A DNA stretch of 64,000 bases from Cyanophyceae cyanobacterium (GTDB taxonomy: Bacteria > Cyanobacteriota > Cyanobacteriia > Cyanobacteriales > Laspinemataceae), in NCBI GenBank assembly GCA_038321985.1, contig JBBQFN010000008.1, forward strand, positions 96,001 through 160,000. Direction: 5' to 3'. Below the pieces are notes generated by a model. That model did no database searches. It saw only the letters and a program-made list of their open reading frames with translations, and was not told where the DNA came from. This document shows, in pieces, positions 18,401 through 29,746 of the stretch. How positions within the stretch are numbered: position 1 is the stretch's first letter; the number at the start of each line of letters is the position of its first letter. The position numbers and the translations under genes were made by a program.

Positions 18401-21400
18401 CTAGGCCGTCCCATTTTTGAGGGCATCCAGAAGAATTTCCGTGGCGGATTCGTATAAGGGTAAGGTGATGCTAAAGGTTGAGCCTTGATTGGGGTGAGAA
18501 TTCACAGAAATCCACCCTCCGTGAAGCTCGACTAACTTCTGAGTAATAGCTAAACCGAGACCGCTGCCTTGATACTTGCGAGTCAAAGACGAATCAATTT
18601 GGGAGAAGGGAGAAAACAAACGGGGGCGATCGCTCTCGTCAATGCCAATCCCCGTATCCCACACCACGAAGTGAATCCAATCATGATGACGCACCATCGG
18701 CTTTTCTTTAGCTTGTGATTTGCCCTCTTGAGCTTCGGGGGTTTCGTTCCCGCTAGAGCGGTAAATCTTTAATCCAACCTCACCTTCTGGGGTAAATTTG
18801 ATCGCGTTAGTCAGGAGGTTAAGAAGCATTTGTTTAAGACGGCGCGGGTCAACCACCATAGATTCCAAAGTCGGGTCTACTTCCATCTGAAATTGCAAGC
18901 CGTGGTTAGTGAGACGCTCTTGAATCAAGCTCAATAGACCCTGGCAGATATCGCAAATATAAACAAGCTGGGGTTCAAGCTCCAGGCGATCAGCTTCAAT
19001 TCGAGAGAGGTCAAGGATATCATTGATCAGAGATAACAAGTGCTGTCCGCTAATATGAATCCGGTCCAGGTAAACTTTTTGTTTGGTGTTGAGGGAACCA
19101 AAGGATTCCTCGATCAGGACGCTGGAGAAGCCGAGAATCGCGGTTAAGGGCGTGCGAAGTTCGTGAGAGGTGGTAGCAATGAACTCTTCTTTGAGTCGGT
19201 TGATGGCGGCTAATTCTTGATTTTGCTCTTGTAGGCGCTGCCACTGGTGACGAAATTCGCTCACGTCTCGGGCGATCGCAATAATCCGATGGATAGTGCC
19301 GTTTTCGTCAGAGATGGGAGAGTACACGGTTTCTAGAATCTTGTTACCGATCGGGAACGAGATTTCGTGGCTGACTAACACGCGATCGCCGGTTTCGTAA
19401 ACATGACGAAGTAAAGGTTCAATCGCAGACGCCGCGTCTGCGCTCAGTTCTCGATTGGTTTTTCCGATCGTCTGTTCGCGAGTGAGACCGAAGAAGGCGG
19501 CACCGGCTGAGTTGATGGACACATAACGCAGTTGGGTATCATATTCGACAAAGATATCACTGGACTGACGCAGAAAAGAACGAAAGTAGTCGGCACTCAG
19601 ACGAGAGGACTGTTCCTGGCGCAGAAGGCGGGCTTGACGGATGGCGATCGCACAAACTCTTGCTACCTGCTTCACCAGTTCAATCTCGTCAGCATCCCAG
19701 CTTTTGTTCAGGGGTTGAATAATGCTTAACGCGCCTATAAAGCCGCTATCGTCGGCGATCGGGACGAGGGTTTGTTGAAGGAAGGGGGTCTCTGGAGACC
19801 CGGTAGAATCCAAATTTCCAGCTAGGGGGCGATCGCCATTTTCGTCGTCCTCTATCACCTTTAAGAAACACAGTTCCCCCTGTAATAGCAGGGTACGGCA
19901 CTGCGGGGAGAGGTGATGAAAGTTCAAGAGAGTGGCAACCGGCAACGGAGTTTCCGAATGGGGATTGAGAAACGATGCCCGGACCTGATAAGCGGATTTT
20001 TCCTCATCCCACAACAGCGTATGACAGCTTTCCACCCCGAGAGTTTCGACAATGCCTTCTACTGCCGCACTCATTACCCTATCTTCATCGGTGGCACTGC
20101 AAAGCGTTTCGGTTAAGTGGCGAATCAGTTGCTCGAATTGCAGCGATCGCGCTAGGGTGGTAGTTCTTTGCTGTACTCGATCCTCGAGTTCCCGAGCATA
20201 CGAGCGTAATTGTTGAACCAAATTCGCTTGTTCGATAGCGATCGCCATCTGATTTGCCACAGCTTGCACCAACTGTTTTTCATCCGCCGTCCATTGTCGG
20301 GGTCCATGACAGTGATGAATAACTAGCAACCCCCAAAGATTCGAGACACTGGAAAATTCCCGCAAGTTTTCTTCTAAATGATCGGGGTCTTCTAAGGTTG
20401 AGTTTTGAAGTTTCCCAACGGTGAGACTATCTGGAGTCAAGTATTCTTCCTGATTGCGTCCAATTGCCACGCCCATAAAACTACGGACACGAAATTGGTT
20501 GAGCATCTCTCGATAGCAATCGCTCAAGGCTGCACTTTGAATATCGGTAACTGAACCGAGATGCCCATTGCGATAGGCTTCTCGATGGACCAGGGGCATA
20601 CACTCAGCGGGAAACCACTTTCCTTTTATGGCAGGATAAGGCGCTTGGACATCTTCACAGACACAGACGCCACTCCCATCGGGCAGAAATTGAAAGGCCA
20701 GGACGCGATCGGTGTCTAATGCCTGTCTAAGACCCTGGACCCCTAGTTTTAAAATCGTCGGCAGATCGAAGGTGGAGCGGATTTTGGCCGAGATGCGACT
20801 CAGCAGCATTTCCCGCGATCGCCGCTGTTGGAGTTCCTGTTCTGCCCGGGCGCGATCGCTTAAATCGCTGACAAAGGTTATAAAATAGCTCTCCTCCTCT
20901 TCTTTCCCCACCAGGGAAAGGGTCACCTCTGCGGCCAAAATTGAGCCATTGGCGCAGATAAAACGTTGACGTAGGGTTTGCCGTTTCACGCCCTCCCGGA
21001 CCATTTGTTGAATCCCTCGCAACAGTGTCGCGAAATCTTCAGGATGAGAAATCGCCCGGGAATCTAAGTAACGCAATTGACTGGGACTATACCCCGTCAT
21101 GTGGCAAAAAGCCGGATTTGCTTTCAGGATACCGCCATCGATGCTGTGGTAAACAATACCCGTCGGGCAATTCCAAAACATGGGATCAAACCCCGGATTC
21201 GGAAATGAGACCCAGGACGAAGGTTGATCGGCCGTTTCTTGAGTCGGGGGTAGGCGCGAAGCGTCACTCCCCTCTGAAAATTTCCGCTTGTGAGTGTTCT
21301 TCTCACCTGCGGGGTTAAATTCGCCCCGCTTTCCATTCTCTGAGACAACCCCCTGGGAGGACTGTTGGGAAGAGATTAAGTGTAGAGCTTGTAACCAAAA

Positions 21401-22042
21401 CCGCCGCAATACTCGCTCATCATTTTCCAAATCTCCAGCTTCCAACCCGGAACAGTGGGGAACTGCCGTCGCCAAAGTTGAGTTTCTGAGCAATTGTACG
21501 ATCGCCACCGGATCGAAGATTACCGAGACTCTACTCCTACTCCGGTCCTGACTCCCCTCCTCAACTACTCCAAATTCCAGTTCTTGATGAGCTTGATCGG
21601 GTTCGACTTGAATCCAGACATTCAGTTGGGAACTCAAAGCAAAAATACTCGTTTTTACTCCTTCTACGGCAATCCCCGGAACCGGCACAAATCGTAGGGC
21701 ACTACCTACACCATAGCTGGGCTTACCGGATTCGTTCGGCCTCGATTGCACTTGGGTGAAAGCAAACCTACTTGGCGTCATTGCCCTTTTTTCCTGATAA
21801 ACACCCACTTCCGATTCCAATGTTTCGGCAGTCCTCTGCCCAGTTTTATACCAAATTTCTTGTAGCGTTTGACACCGTTCTAAATTTTCTCCCACTACTA
21901 ACAAAGCCCGTAACCACCCACTGTTTTTTAAAGCATGACGTAGCAGTTGGAATAGAGACAACAACTGTGGGGCATCCAAATACAGGATAATTTGGCTGGG
22001 TAAACGATGATTCATATTTATTTTAGAATTTAGATTTTCCAT
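18401..22042 (-). CDS. Multi-sensor histidine kinase: CikA-like N-terminus, PAS, cyanobacteriochrome-type GAF, GAF, PAS, HisKA-HATPase
   Basis: PAS (ANPAFCHMTGY), GAF (TDRVLAFQF...LWGLLVIHHC..PRQW), H-box FIATTSHELRTPL, NLLTNAIKFT, DTGIGI, GSGLGL. Confidence 0.9.
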   Translation of the reverse strand: MENLNSKINMNHRLPSQIILYLDAPQLLSLFQLLRHALKNSGWLRALLVVGENLERCQTLQEIWYKTGQRTAETLESEVGVYQEKRAMTPSRFAFTQVQSRPNESGKPSYGVGSALRFVPVPGIAVEGVKTSIFALSSQLNVWIQVEPDQAHQELEFGVVEEGSQDRSRSRVSVIFDPVAIVQLLRNSTLATAVPHCSGLEAGDLENDERVLRRFWLQALHLISSQQSSQGVVSENGKRGEFNPAGEKNTHKRKFSEGSDASRLPPTQETADQPSSWVSFPNPGFDPMFWNCPTGIVYHSIDGGILKANPAFCHMTGYSPSQLRYLDSRAISHPEDFATLLRGIQQMVREGVKRQTLRQRFICANGSILAAEVTLSLVGKEEEESYFITFVSDLSDRARAEQELQQRRSREMLLSRISAKIRSTFDLPTILKLGVQGLRQALDTDRVLAFQFLPDGSGVCVCEDVQAPYPAIKGKWFPAECMPLVHREAYRNGHLGSVTDIQSAALSDCYREMLNQFRVRSFMGVAIGRNQEEYLTPDSLTVGKLQNSTLEDPDHLEENLREFSSVSNLWGLLVIHHCHGPRQWTADEKQLVQAVANQMAIAIEQANLVQQLRSYARELEDRVQQRTTTLARSLQFEQLIRHLTETLCSATDEDRVMSAAVEGIVETLGVESCHTLLWDEEKSAYQVRASFLNPHSETPLPVATLLNFHHLSPQCRTLLLQGELCFLKVIEDDENGDRPLAGNLDSTGSPETPFLQQTLVPIADDSGFIGALSIIQPLNKSWDADEIELVKQVARVCAIAIRQARLLRQEQSSRLSADYFRSFLRQSSDIFVEYDTQLRYVSINSAGAAFFGLTREQTIGKTNRELSADAASAIEPLLRHVYETGDRVLVSHEISFPIGNKILETVYSPISDENGTIHRIIAIARDVSEFRHQWQRLQEQNQELAAINRLKEEFIATTSHELRTPLTAILGFSSVLIEESFGSLNTKQKVYLDRIHISGQHLLSLINDILDLSRIEADRLELEPQLVYICDICQGLLSLIQERLTNHGLQFQMEVDPTLESMVVDPRRLKQMLLNLLTNAIKFTPEGEVGLKIYRSSGNETPEAQEGKSQAKEKPMVRHHDWIHFVVWDTGIGIDESDRPRLFSPFSQIDSSLTRKYQGSGLGLAITQKLVELHGGWISVNSHPNQGSTFSITLPLYESATEILLDALKNGTA

Positions 22043-22623
22043 AGTTTTAAGAAAAAGTGGGCCAATTTGTTCATTTTTGGATTTGACTAAGTTAATGATT
22101 CCCTAACTGAGGCCGCAGTATTTAAAGGATTACCCCAAAGACTTTAAACGTAATGTTTCTTAACAAAAAAACTAAAATTCCTGAATACACAAGGAGCATA
22201 AAGACCGAGGTGACAAGCCCAGCTCTTGTCACAATAATTTAACAAATTTTCCCCACACAACCCACCCCTTTAACCTGTCTTAAGAGCTTCTTGTCCTGTC
22301 TAAATGACCTACGGACCTTAAGAAGTGCTCAGGACTGGGACGAAAACACGCCCACGCTTTTAGTTCCCTCGCACCCCCTCAACCTTTAGCATAGCTCTCC
22401 TCTGAAAATTCTGTCACTCCTCCGATGAACATAAGACGGCAGCATTCTCTCTACTAAGTCGAGTATTTTTGAGGGGCTTTTACCCCAGAGGGGCAACTCT
22501 GGGAGGGAGCCGATCGGATATAAACTAGAGGATGTGACCCGAGATGTAAGCCGGGTAATATAAGAACTGACCGGGTTACTCTCCAGAGCAAGTGTTGCTT
22601 AAGTCCTGGATAAATAGCGCATC

Positions 22624-22763
22624 TATAGCATTTTCCCGAGTTATGAGGTACCGATAGTTATTAGGAGTGGGAGCATCTTGCTTCCTCTTGAAGATAGCGA
22701 GCAAGATGCTCCCACTCCGCTAGTGATTTTTATGAGTACCTCATGAGTCCGGAAATCGCTATA
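22624..22763. mobile_element. 140-bp MITE/REPIN-like nested inverted-repeat element
   Basis: 28-bp terminal IRs matching 23/28 (22624-22651 / 22736-22763) with TATA ends; perfect 19-bp internal IR (22664-22682 / 22700-22718). Confidence 0.65.
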
Positions 22764-23031
22764 AATCATTTTACAAGAGGATGCAGCAGTGCAAATATGT
22801 AATCTTACTACTGCGCCTCAGAAGCGAAACTTTCAATAATTATCACATTCATTGAGACGCCCGATATATGCATACTTCTTAGAAATCTTCTTCTAATTTT
22901 TTAAAGCAGGATAGTCCTAGGGTGAATTAATTCCTACCCTACAGACTTCCCGGGGGGCGGTAGGATAATTTAGGAGCATACCCCTGGAGGGAAAGAGTCT
23001 GACGGAGCTTATTTTACCAGAAAAATCCAAA

Positions 23032-24096
23032 CTAACGAATTTTCACAAAACCCGCTTGTTCAATTAACCTTTGTCCCTGTTCCGTCAGCAGGAGTGTCGC
23101 GTATGCTTCGGCCAGTTGTTGGTCAATTTGACCATTTTCTTTGGCAATCACAAATAAGCGCCGGGTGAGAGGATACTCCCCGCTTTGAAAGGCTGCGGCA
23201 TTGAGTTTGTTTCGCCCTGTCGGACAATCCTGAGATGGGATGAAAGGTTCTTGGTAAGGTGGAATCAAGCGATTTGAGCGTCCGGCGATCGCCAGGGGTC
23301 TAATGCTACACTGTCCGACAATTTCCGGTGCTGAAGCGTAGTAAATTCCCCCTAAGCGACTGCCAACAGCTCGCAATGCCATAGTTGTTGTAGACATAAA
23401 CTCGACATTACTACCAAAGGCCTCTCCACCCATTACATTTTCTATAAAGTATTCAATTGTCCCACTGTTTTCAGGGCGGCGAGAATAGGGGATAATTTCC
23501 ACATCAGGTCCTCCGACTTGACTCCAATTCCAGATTTCACCCGTATAGATTTCTTTTAGCTGAATCAAGGTTAATCCGGGGATATCTAAGTCAGGATTGA
23601 CCGCGATCGCAATCCCATCCAGGGCAACTGGAATGGCTTTTAAAGTAAATCCTAGTTGTCTTGCTTGTTGTTGTTCTTCTTCTTTAATGGAACGGGATGA
23701 TTGAGCAAAAACAAGCTGATTATCTAACATCATCTCAATTCCCGTTCCAGAACCCGGAGGTTGCGTTGGATGCTGGGTATAGCGCAATTTAAACCCCGGT
23801 AAAACCATTTGAATTACTGGGTCCACGGTGCCCCGAATCGGTGCCCAACTGGTGCTACCTCCATAAGTCGCGAGTCCTGAAGGCAGATTAGGAACCTGAG
23901 CAAAACTATCAATTTTAGCATCGGGATCGAATCGATAAGGGGGCAAGGATTGAGTAGAAATTCGTCCTGGGGTTAAATTTTCCTCCTCGAAGGGTGTGCC
24001 GAATCCTCGGATGAATCCCCAAATAATTCCCCCGGCTAAACTCAGGGCAATTAGCACGGTTAAGACAAAAATTGTTGTTTCGTTTTTCACTGACAT
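23032..24096 (-). CDS. PstS-like (PBP domain) substrate-binding protein with N-terminal membrane anchor
   Basis: YGGSTSWAP, PGSGTGI, VALDGIAIAVNP, SRRPENSGT and YPLTRRLF motifs. Confidence 0.88.
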   Translation of the reverse strand: MSVKNETTIFVLTVLIALSLAGGIIWGFIRGFGTPFEEENLTPGRISTQSLPPYRFDPDAKIDSFAQVPNLPSGLATYGGSTSWAPIRGTVDPVIQMVLPGFKLRYTQHPTQPPGSGTGIEMMLDNQLVFAQSSRSIKEEEQQQARQLGFTLKAIPVALDGIAIAVNPDLDIPGLTLIQLKEIYTGEIWNWSQVGGPDVEIIPYSRRPENSGTIEYFIENVMGGEAFGSNVEFMSTTTMALRAVGSRLGGIYYASAPEIVGQCSIRPLAIAGRSNRLIPPYQEPFIPSQDCPTGRNKLNAAAFQSGEYPLTRRLFVIAKENGQIDQQLAEAYATLLLTEQGQRLIEQAGFVKIR

Positions 24097-24436
24097 TGTT
24101 GATATTTAATAAGAGGTAAATTTGAGGATTATTGATTTAAATAGAGCGAGGATTATTTCGGCATTTGACAGAAGAGGGCTATTTGAAATTAAAATAATAT
24201 AAGTCAACGAATATTCTTCTGAGATATGTTGGGTGAATCTAGCAGGGGAAGGATTTGGTTCGGTGATAATTGTTAAGGAGCGTTTCTCTCCTAGGTAGCC
24301 GAAATTTCCAGATAAATTGGATATGCTATAGCTTGATAAATTTTGTGATTAAGGTTGATTTTAGCATCTTTTTATTCAATTCTTTGAAAAAATTAGAGAA
24401 ATAATTCAAAATAATTTAATTTGAATAGAAAAATAG

Positions 24437-25852
24437 TTATAAAAATTTAGAAATTAGCTTAGAAACCAAACGAAATAAGGCGGTAAAAGCCACAGCACAG
24501 CAACTGGCAAAAATGGGGATAAATAAAAGAGCTTCTCGTAAAAATGTGCTATTTAGAGGCGGAATAAATGCTACAATACCAAAGGTAAGGACAGCGAGAA
24601 TGAGTAAATCATATTTTTCGATGAAGCGGCGGGATTGAGCGAAAATTAGAGCCGTTAATATCAGTAACCAAGCAAGAGTACCGATCGCCGGTGCCAATCC
24701 TAAGCTGCGTAGAGCAATTAAAAGTAGGCCCCCTTCAAATCCGGTAAAGGCTGCTCCTCGTAACACCTCCAAGGTGGAAAAATGCGCGACAGAAGGGGGA
24801 GAAATAGCAGCAGGGGCAGGAGAAATAGGAGAGGGGAGGGATAGGGCGGCAATGGGGGCAGCGGGAACGGGTGGGGTGCTCGGAAGGGGCGCGGGGGGAG
24901 AATCGAGAGCCGCTAAGACTTCTTGAGCGGATTGGAAACGTTGACTGGGTGTAGAGATGAGTAAACGATCCAAAATATCAGCGAGGCGATCGCTCACAGT
25001 CCCTTGGCTTCGCCAGTTCCATTTATTGCTATAAGCATCGAATAACTCCTGGGGTTCTTTTGCAGTGAGTAACATGATGCAAGTAACAGCTAGAGCATAT
25101 AAATCTGTAGCGGGAAATACCGTTCGCCCTGCCATTTGTTCGGGAGGAGCAAAACCCATTGAATAAATACCCGTGGAGCGTCCACTGCCGGTTATGCTTG
25201 GAGATTGGGCCACTTGTTTGACAGCTCCAAAATCTAATAAATAGAGACGACCATTTGTTTGCGATCGCATGATATTCGAGGGTTTGATATCCCGATGAAT
25301 TGTCTCATTTTCATGAACAAAGGAGAGAATTTTCAGAATTTCTACAAAAACCTCCCGCACTTGCTCCTCGGAGAATTTACCCTTAGCTTGTAATTCTTCT
25401 TCGAGATTTTGACCGTCAATAAACTCCTGGACCAAATAAAAAAATTGGTCTTTTTTACCCGGAATTTTGCTAGAACTTTCCAGGGGAAAAAATGCTAGTA
25501 AATCAGGAATTTGGGGATGTTTGTTGCCGAGGCGATCAAGCACTTCAGCCTCCCGATCAAAGAGGGTTTGGGCGATCGCTAATTGTTGGGGACTCAGGTC
25601 TCCAGCGGGCTGAAATTGCTTGACTACACAGGTTCGCATTGCCGGAGTGCGGCGATCGCGGGCTAGAAATGCTGCCCCAAAGCCCCCTTGACCTAATAGC
25701 CGGACGGGCAGATACCGACCATCTAAAATCAAAGGCATCCCACAAGTGGTACAAAATTTTTGCTGGATTGTTTTGAGGGTAGTGGTATCGTCCAGATCCG
25801 TAAAACTATTCTGAGGGCGCAAGCAGCCCGGACGAGTGCAGTAAATTTCCAT
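24437..25852 (-). CDS. Hanks-type Ser/Thr protein kinase with N-terminal 4-Cys prefix and C-terminal TM helices
   Basis: YCTRPGC...FCTTCG; LGQGGFG, VVKQ, IHRDIKPSNI, LDFG, APPEQ, DLYALA; hydrophobic C-terminus. Confidence 0.94.
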   Translation of the reverse strand: MEIYCTRPGCLRPQNSFTDLDDTTTLKTIQQKFCTTCGMPLILDGRYLPVRLLGQGGFGAAFLARDRRTPAMRTCVVKQFQPAGDLSPQQLAIAQTLFDREAEVLDRLGNKHPQIPDLLAFFPLESSSKIPGKKDQFFYLVQEFIDGQNLEEELQAKGKFSEEQVREVFVEILKILSFVHENETIHRDIKPSNIMRSQTNGRLYLLDFGAVKQVAQSPSITGSGRSTGIYSMGFAPPEQMAGRTVFPATDLYALAVTCIMLLTAKEPQELFDAYSNKWNWRSQGTVSDRLADILDRLLISTPSQRFQSAQEVLAALDSPPAPLPSTPPVPAAPIAALSLPSPISPAPAAISPPSVAHFSTLEVLRGAAFTGFEGGLLLIALRSLGLAPAIGTLAWLLILTALIFAQSRRFIEKYDLLILAVLTFGIVAFIPPLNSTFLREALLFIPIFASCCAVAFTALFRLVSKLISKFL

Positions 25853-25958
25853 ATAAAATTCAGTAATTTTACCGGAGGGATTTTAGATTTCAGATGCTAA
25901 CTTTGATTGATACTACTTCTACAATCAGGCGATCTAAAATCTAAAATCTCAAACCTGT

Positions 25959-26969
25959 TTAGCTGACGGTTGAATTGGTCGGAACGGGTTTCAAAGGCGC
26001 AGGTTCTATAAGTTCCAGAGGCTTTTCCATGGGGCTATCCAGAAGAGGTTGAGTGGAGAACTGGGGTAAAATTTCCTGACTAAATGCCTCCGCTGCTTTA
26101 GAGCGATACCGATTGGGATTGTAAATTACTGAAAGTATTCGCTTGACCACGACCCCCTCAATGGTGGAGCGGTGAAGAATACCCATTTGCAATTCTTTTT
26201 CGATGGCAGAAATTGAAACAAAAGCGGCTCCTAGACCAGACTGAACCGCATTTTTAATCGCTTCAATCGAATTGAGTTCCATCTCTAATTTGAGACGGCG
26301 GGTATCAATATCGCAACGGCTGAGCACTTGATCGATGACTTTGCGAATGGTCGATTGGGAGTCCAGAGCGATGAACTGCAACTTATAAAGGTCTTCTTTT
26401 TGAATTTTTTCGAGTTTGGCAAAGGGATGAAACACGGGCAGAATCAAAGCCAATTCATCTTCAGCATAAGCCTGAATTTCCAGAGACTCTTGGAGTTCGG
26501 GGGGGACTTCACCGCCCACGATCGCCAGGTCGATTTGTCCATTTGCCACACTCCAAGCCGTGCGCCTGGTGGAATGAACGTGCAATTGCACCGCCACGTC
26601 CGGGTACTTCTGTCGAAACATCCCAATCATGCGGGGGAGAAGATAGGTCCCGGTGGTTTGGGAAGCCCCGACAATCAAGGTGCCGCCTTGAAGATTTTGT
26701 AAATCCTCAATAGCGCGACAGGTTTCCTGACACAAGGTCAGAATTTTTTCACCGTAACTGAGCAAGAGGTGTCCGGCTTCCGTTAGTTGGGCACGACGCC
26801 CCCCTCGATCAAATAACGGCACATCCAACTGCCGCTCTAGGTTTTGCACCTGTAGGCTGACGGCGGGCTGAGAAACGTATAAACTATCTGCCGCACGTTT
26901 AAAGCTTCCCTCAGCGGCGATCGCTTTGAGAATGCGTAACTGATCTAAAGTGAAAGGTAGATCGGACAT
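25959..26969 (-). CDS. ycf30: LysR-type regulator of the Ycf30/RbcR family
   Basis: [40 protein letters not shown], the highly conserved cyanobacterial/plastid Ycf30 N-terminus. Confidence 0.88.
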   Translation of the reverse strand: MSDLPFTLDQLRILKAIAAEGSFKRAADSLYVSQPAVSLQVQNLERQLDVPLFDRGGRRAQLTEAGHLLLSYGEKILTLCQETCRAIEDLQNLQGGTLIVGASQTTGTYLLPRMIGMFRQKYPDVAVQLHVHSTRRTAWSVANGQIDLAIVGGEVPPELQESLEIQAYAEDELALILPVFHPFAKLEKIQKEDLYKLQFIALDSQSTIRKVIDQVLSRCDIDTRRLKLEMELNSIEAIKNAVQSGLGAAFVSISAIEKELQMGILHRSTIEGVVVKRILSVIYNPNRYRSKAAEAFSQEILPQFSTQPLLDSPMEKPLELIEPAPLKPVPTNSTVS

Positions 26970-27532
26970 ACTGCTAAACCTGAAAGGGGCAAAGGGTCTG
27001 ATGGCAACCGACGGATTAACATCAAGGGGCAAGGAATGGGCAGATCCAGTATTGCTATGGAATCAATCAAGCTCGGCTGCCTCGGGAAAATAGCACAACC
27101 GGCCATTCCAGTCCCGGATAATCAGTGGTTAGGTTGTACTGGAGTTTACCAAATCGCCGGAGATAGCCCTATCTTTGATAAAAGCAAAACTAGGTGGCGA
27201 TCGGCGATCCCGTCAAAGCACAGAGCGCGATCCCCTCTGTCAAAAATTATGATCTCCTGCTATCGGCGATCTGATAACTGACTCAGTTTATCTTATAGTT
27301 GAACTGACAAACTCACCCAAACTAGCGTGCTTCATCCTCTAGGGTTTTACATTGAATCCAACCGAATCACATCAAACCCCCATCGCTTTTTATGTGCCGG
27401 TGTCTTAAAATGTTTTTCACGACGGCTAAGGGTTCTGCATCCGATCTGGCGTCGGTCGCAATCTGGACAGCCGTTTCAGGAATAGTGGGGGTGTAGTTGG
27501 CCTTGGATATTAGAAGTGGGAAAGAGCTGGGG

Positions 27533-28246
27533 ATGTTTTCAGACGGGTTAACTTCTAGTCATTTTATAATGATCGGGCTGTTGTTTGGGTTCGCGATCGC
27601 CCACAGTGGATTAGCTGCCCTGCGCCCTCGAGGAGAACAACTCATCGGCGCACGATTCTATCGGGTTTTGTTCGCCCTGGTGAGTCTACCATTGGCTGTG
27701 GTGTTGATTATTTATTTCTTTAACCACCGCTACGATGGCCTACAACTGTGGCAAGTCCAGGGAGTGCCTGGAGTCATGCCGTTGGTGTGGACTCTCTCGG
27801 CGATTTCGTTTATTTTTCTCTACCCAGCTACGTTTAATCTGCTGGAAGTGGCAGCGATCGCCAAGCCCCAAGTTCACTTGTTTGAAACCGGAATTATTCG
27901 GATTAGCCGTCATCCTCAAATGGTCGGCCAAGTCATTTGGTGCCTGGCCCATACCTTATGGATTGGGACTTCCTTTACCCTAGTCACCTCTATCGGGTTA
28001 GTGTTGCACCATTTATTTGCGGTATGGCATGGCGATCGCCGCCTGAAAGTCCGCTATGGAGACGCCTTTGAGGCGGTAAAAGCCCGCACTTCCGTGATCC
28101 CATTTGTGGCGATCGCCCAGGGCCGCCAAACTCTAAAATGGGAGGAATTTTTGCGTCCAGCGTATCTCGGCGTGGCGGTTTTCACTGTAGCGTTATGGTG
28201 GGCGCATCCCCTATTAATGCGTGCCACTAGCAGTGTCCCTTGGTAA
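27533..28246 (+). CDS. NnrU family membrane protein, likely 15-cis-zeta-carotene isomerase (Z-ISO)
   Basis: FAIAHSGLAALR, YFFNHRYDG, YPATFNLLEVAA, GIIRISRHPQMVGQ and HHLFAVWHGDRRL motifs. Confidence 0.88.
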   Translation: MFSDGLTSSHFIMIGLLFGFAIAHSGLAALRPRGEQLIGARFYRVLFALVSLPLAVVLIIYFFNHRYDGLQLWQVQGVPGVMPLVWTLSAISFIFLYPATFNLLEVAAIAKPQVHLFETGIIRISRHPQMVGQVIWCLAHTLWIGTSFTLVTSIGLVLHHLFAVWHGDRRLKVRYGDAFEAVKARTSVIPFVAIAQGRQTLKWEEFLRPAYLGVAVFTVALWWAHPLLMRATSSVPW

Positions 28247-28294
28247 GAACCGGGACGAAACAGAAGATTGGGGAAGATTCGCTCGCTCTAAATG

Positions 28295-29746
28295 CTAAAT
28301 AATTGCCTTTAAATCCAGACTAGCTGTATTGAGTTGTTCTGTGCTTTCTCGGGTATTGGCAATTCCCTTAACCGTTTCTTTTGCTCCCACATTGAGCGAA
28401 TTCATTGCTTCAACCACCTGCTCGATCGCACTGACTTGTTGTTGGGCATTCAAGGCGATTTGTTGAGAACTCATCACCACTTCGTTGATAGAATCCCGGA
28501 CACCATTCAAGGCATCAGCCGTTTCTTGGGCAATATTCACACCGCGATCAACGGTTTTTGTCCCTTCATCGGTGACTAGAACCGTAGAATTAATCGCACC
28601 CTGGATATCCCCTACTAATGTATTAATTTTCTGGGCCGATTTTTGGCTTTGGTCCGCCAACTTGCGAATTTCGCTCGCCACTACCCCAAAACCCTTCCCT
28701 TGTTCTCCTGCTCGCACCGCTTCAACCGCCGCATTCAAGGCTAACATATTGGTTTGATTGGCAATTTCGCTCACCAATTTTGAGATATTTCCAATCTGAG
28801 ACGTCTGTTCGCTCAGTTGTAAAATTTGCTGGGCGATCGCACTGACTTTTTCTTTTAAAATCCTCTGGGATTCTAGGCTGCGTCCGACAGTTTCTGTCCC
28901 GATTTCGGTCAAATGTAGTGCCTGCTGCGCACCGGATGCGGAGGATTGTGCTTGTTCGGCAGATTGGCGCGATGAGGCTTCGAGTTCGTCCATTGTGGTC
29001 GTGGTTTCGTTGATCGCACTGGCTGCAAGGGCGGTGGTGCGTTCCTGTTGTTCTAAAGTGGCAGCAATCTCGGTGGAGGAGTTGGCAATGCGGCGAACAG
29101 CCTGCTCAATGGTGTTAGAAATTCCTGATGAGATTCCCAAGGAGGCGATCGCAGAAAACCCCAGACACATCAATGTACCCAGCACTAGGGCTAGGGTTAA
29201 ACTATGAATGGCCTTTTTCGCTGCCGCAGTCGCTGCAGTTAAAGTCTCCTGTTCAGCCGAATCAAATTCCCCGCTGAGGGCTACAAAACTATCTATATAT
29301 TTCTTGCCTTCCCCTGTTTTAAACAGAGAAAGGGCGGTGGGATCCTGGTTGTTATCAATTAAAGTAATGATTCGTTCAGAAAAATCAGCATACCCGGTTT
29401 GAAATTTTGCCATTTCTTCAATTCGCTGGTGCTGTCTAGAATCTTTTATGGTAGTTTCTGCCTCTATAACTGCTTTATTAAATCGATTTTTTGATTTTTC
29501 ATAATTAAGCAAAGACTCAGAGGTTTGAAATAATAAATAGCCGCGTAAGTACAGGACCATATCTCGAAAACTATTATCTAACTCTTGTCCAATTTTAAGG
29601 GTGTCTTGAGTGAGTTCCACCTGCCGAAATATTTTAGAAATTTGGGTAGCATTAAAGTAAATGAATCCCGCTAAAAAGAAAAACAAAACAACCGGAATCG
29701 AGTATCCCCCAATTATGCGGTTTCTTAACTTCAAATGGTCAAACAT
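28295..29746 (-). CDS. Membrane MCP with CHASE3-like periplasmic domain
   Basis: Two TM helices, LRGYLL sensor motif, tip [34 protein letters not shown]. Confidence 0.9.
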   Translation of the reverse strand: MFDHLKLRNRIIGGYSIPVVLFFFLAGFIYFNATQISKIFRQVELTQDTLKIGQELDNSFRDMVLYLRGYLLFQTSESLLNYEKSKNRFNKAVIEAETTIKDSRQHQRIEEMAKFQTGYADFSERIITLIDNNQDPTALSLFKTGEGKKYIDSFVALSGEFDSAEQETLTAATAAAKKAIHSLTLALVLGTLMCLGFSAIASLGISSGISNTIEQAVRRIANSSTEIAATLEQQERTTALAASAINETTTTMDELEASSRQSAEQAQSSASGAQQALHLTEIGTETVGRSLESQRILKEKVSAIAQQILQLSEQTSQIGNISKLVSEIANQTNMLALNAAVEAVRAGEQGKGFGVVASEIRKLADQSQKSAQKINTLVGDIQGAINSTVLVTDEGTKTVDRGVNIAQETADALNGVRDSINEVVMSSQQIALNAQQQVSAIEQVVEAMNSLNVGAKETVKGIANTRESTEQLNTASLDLKAII

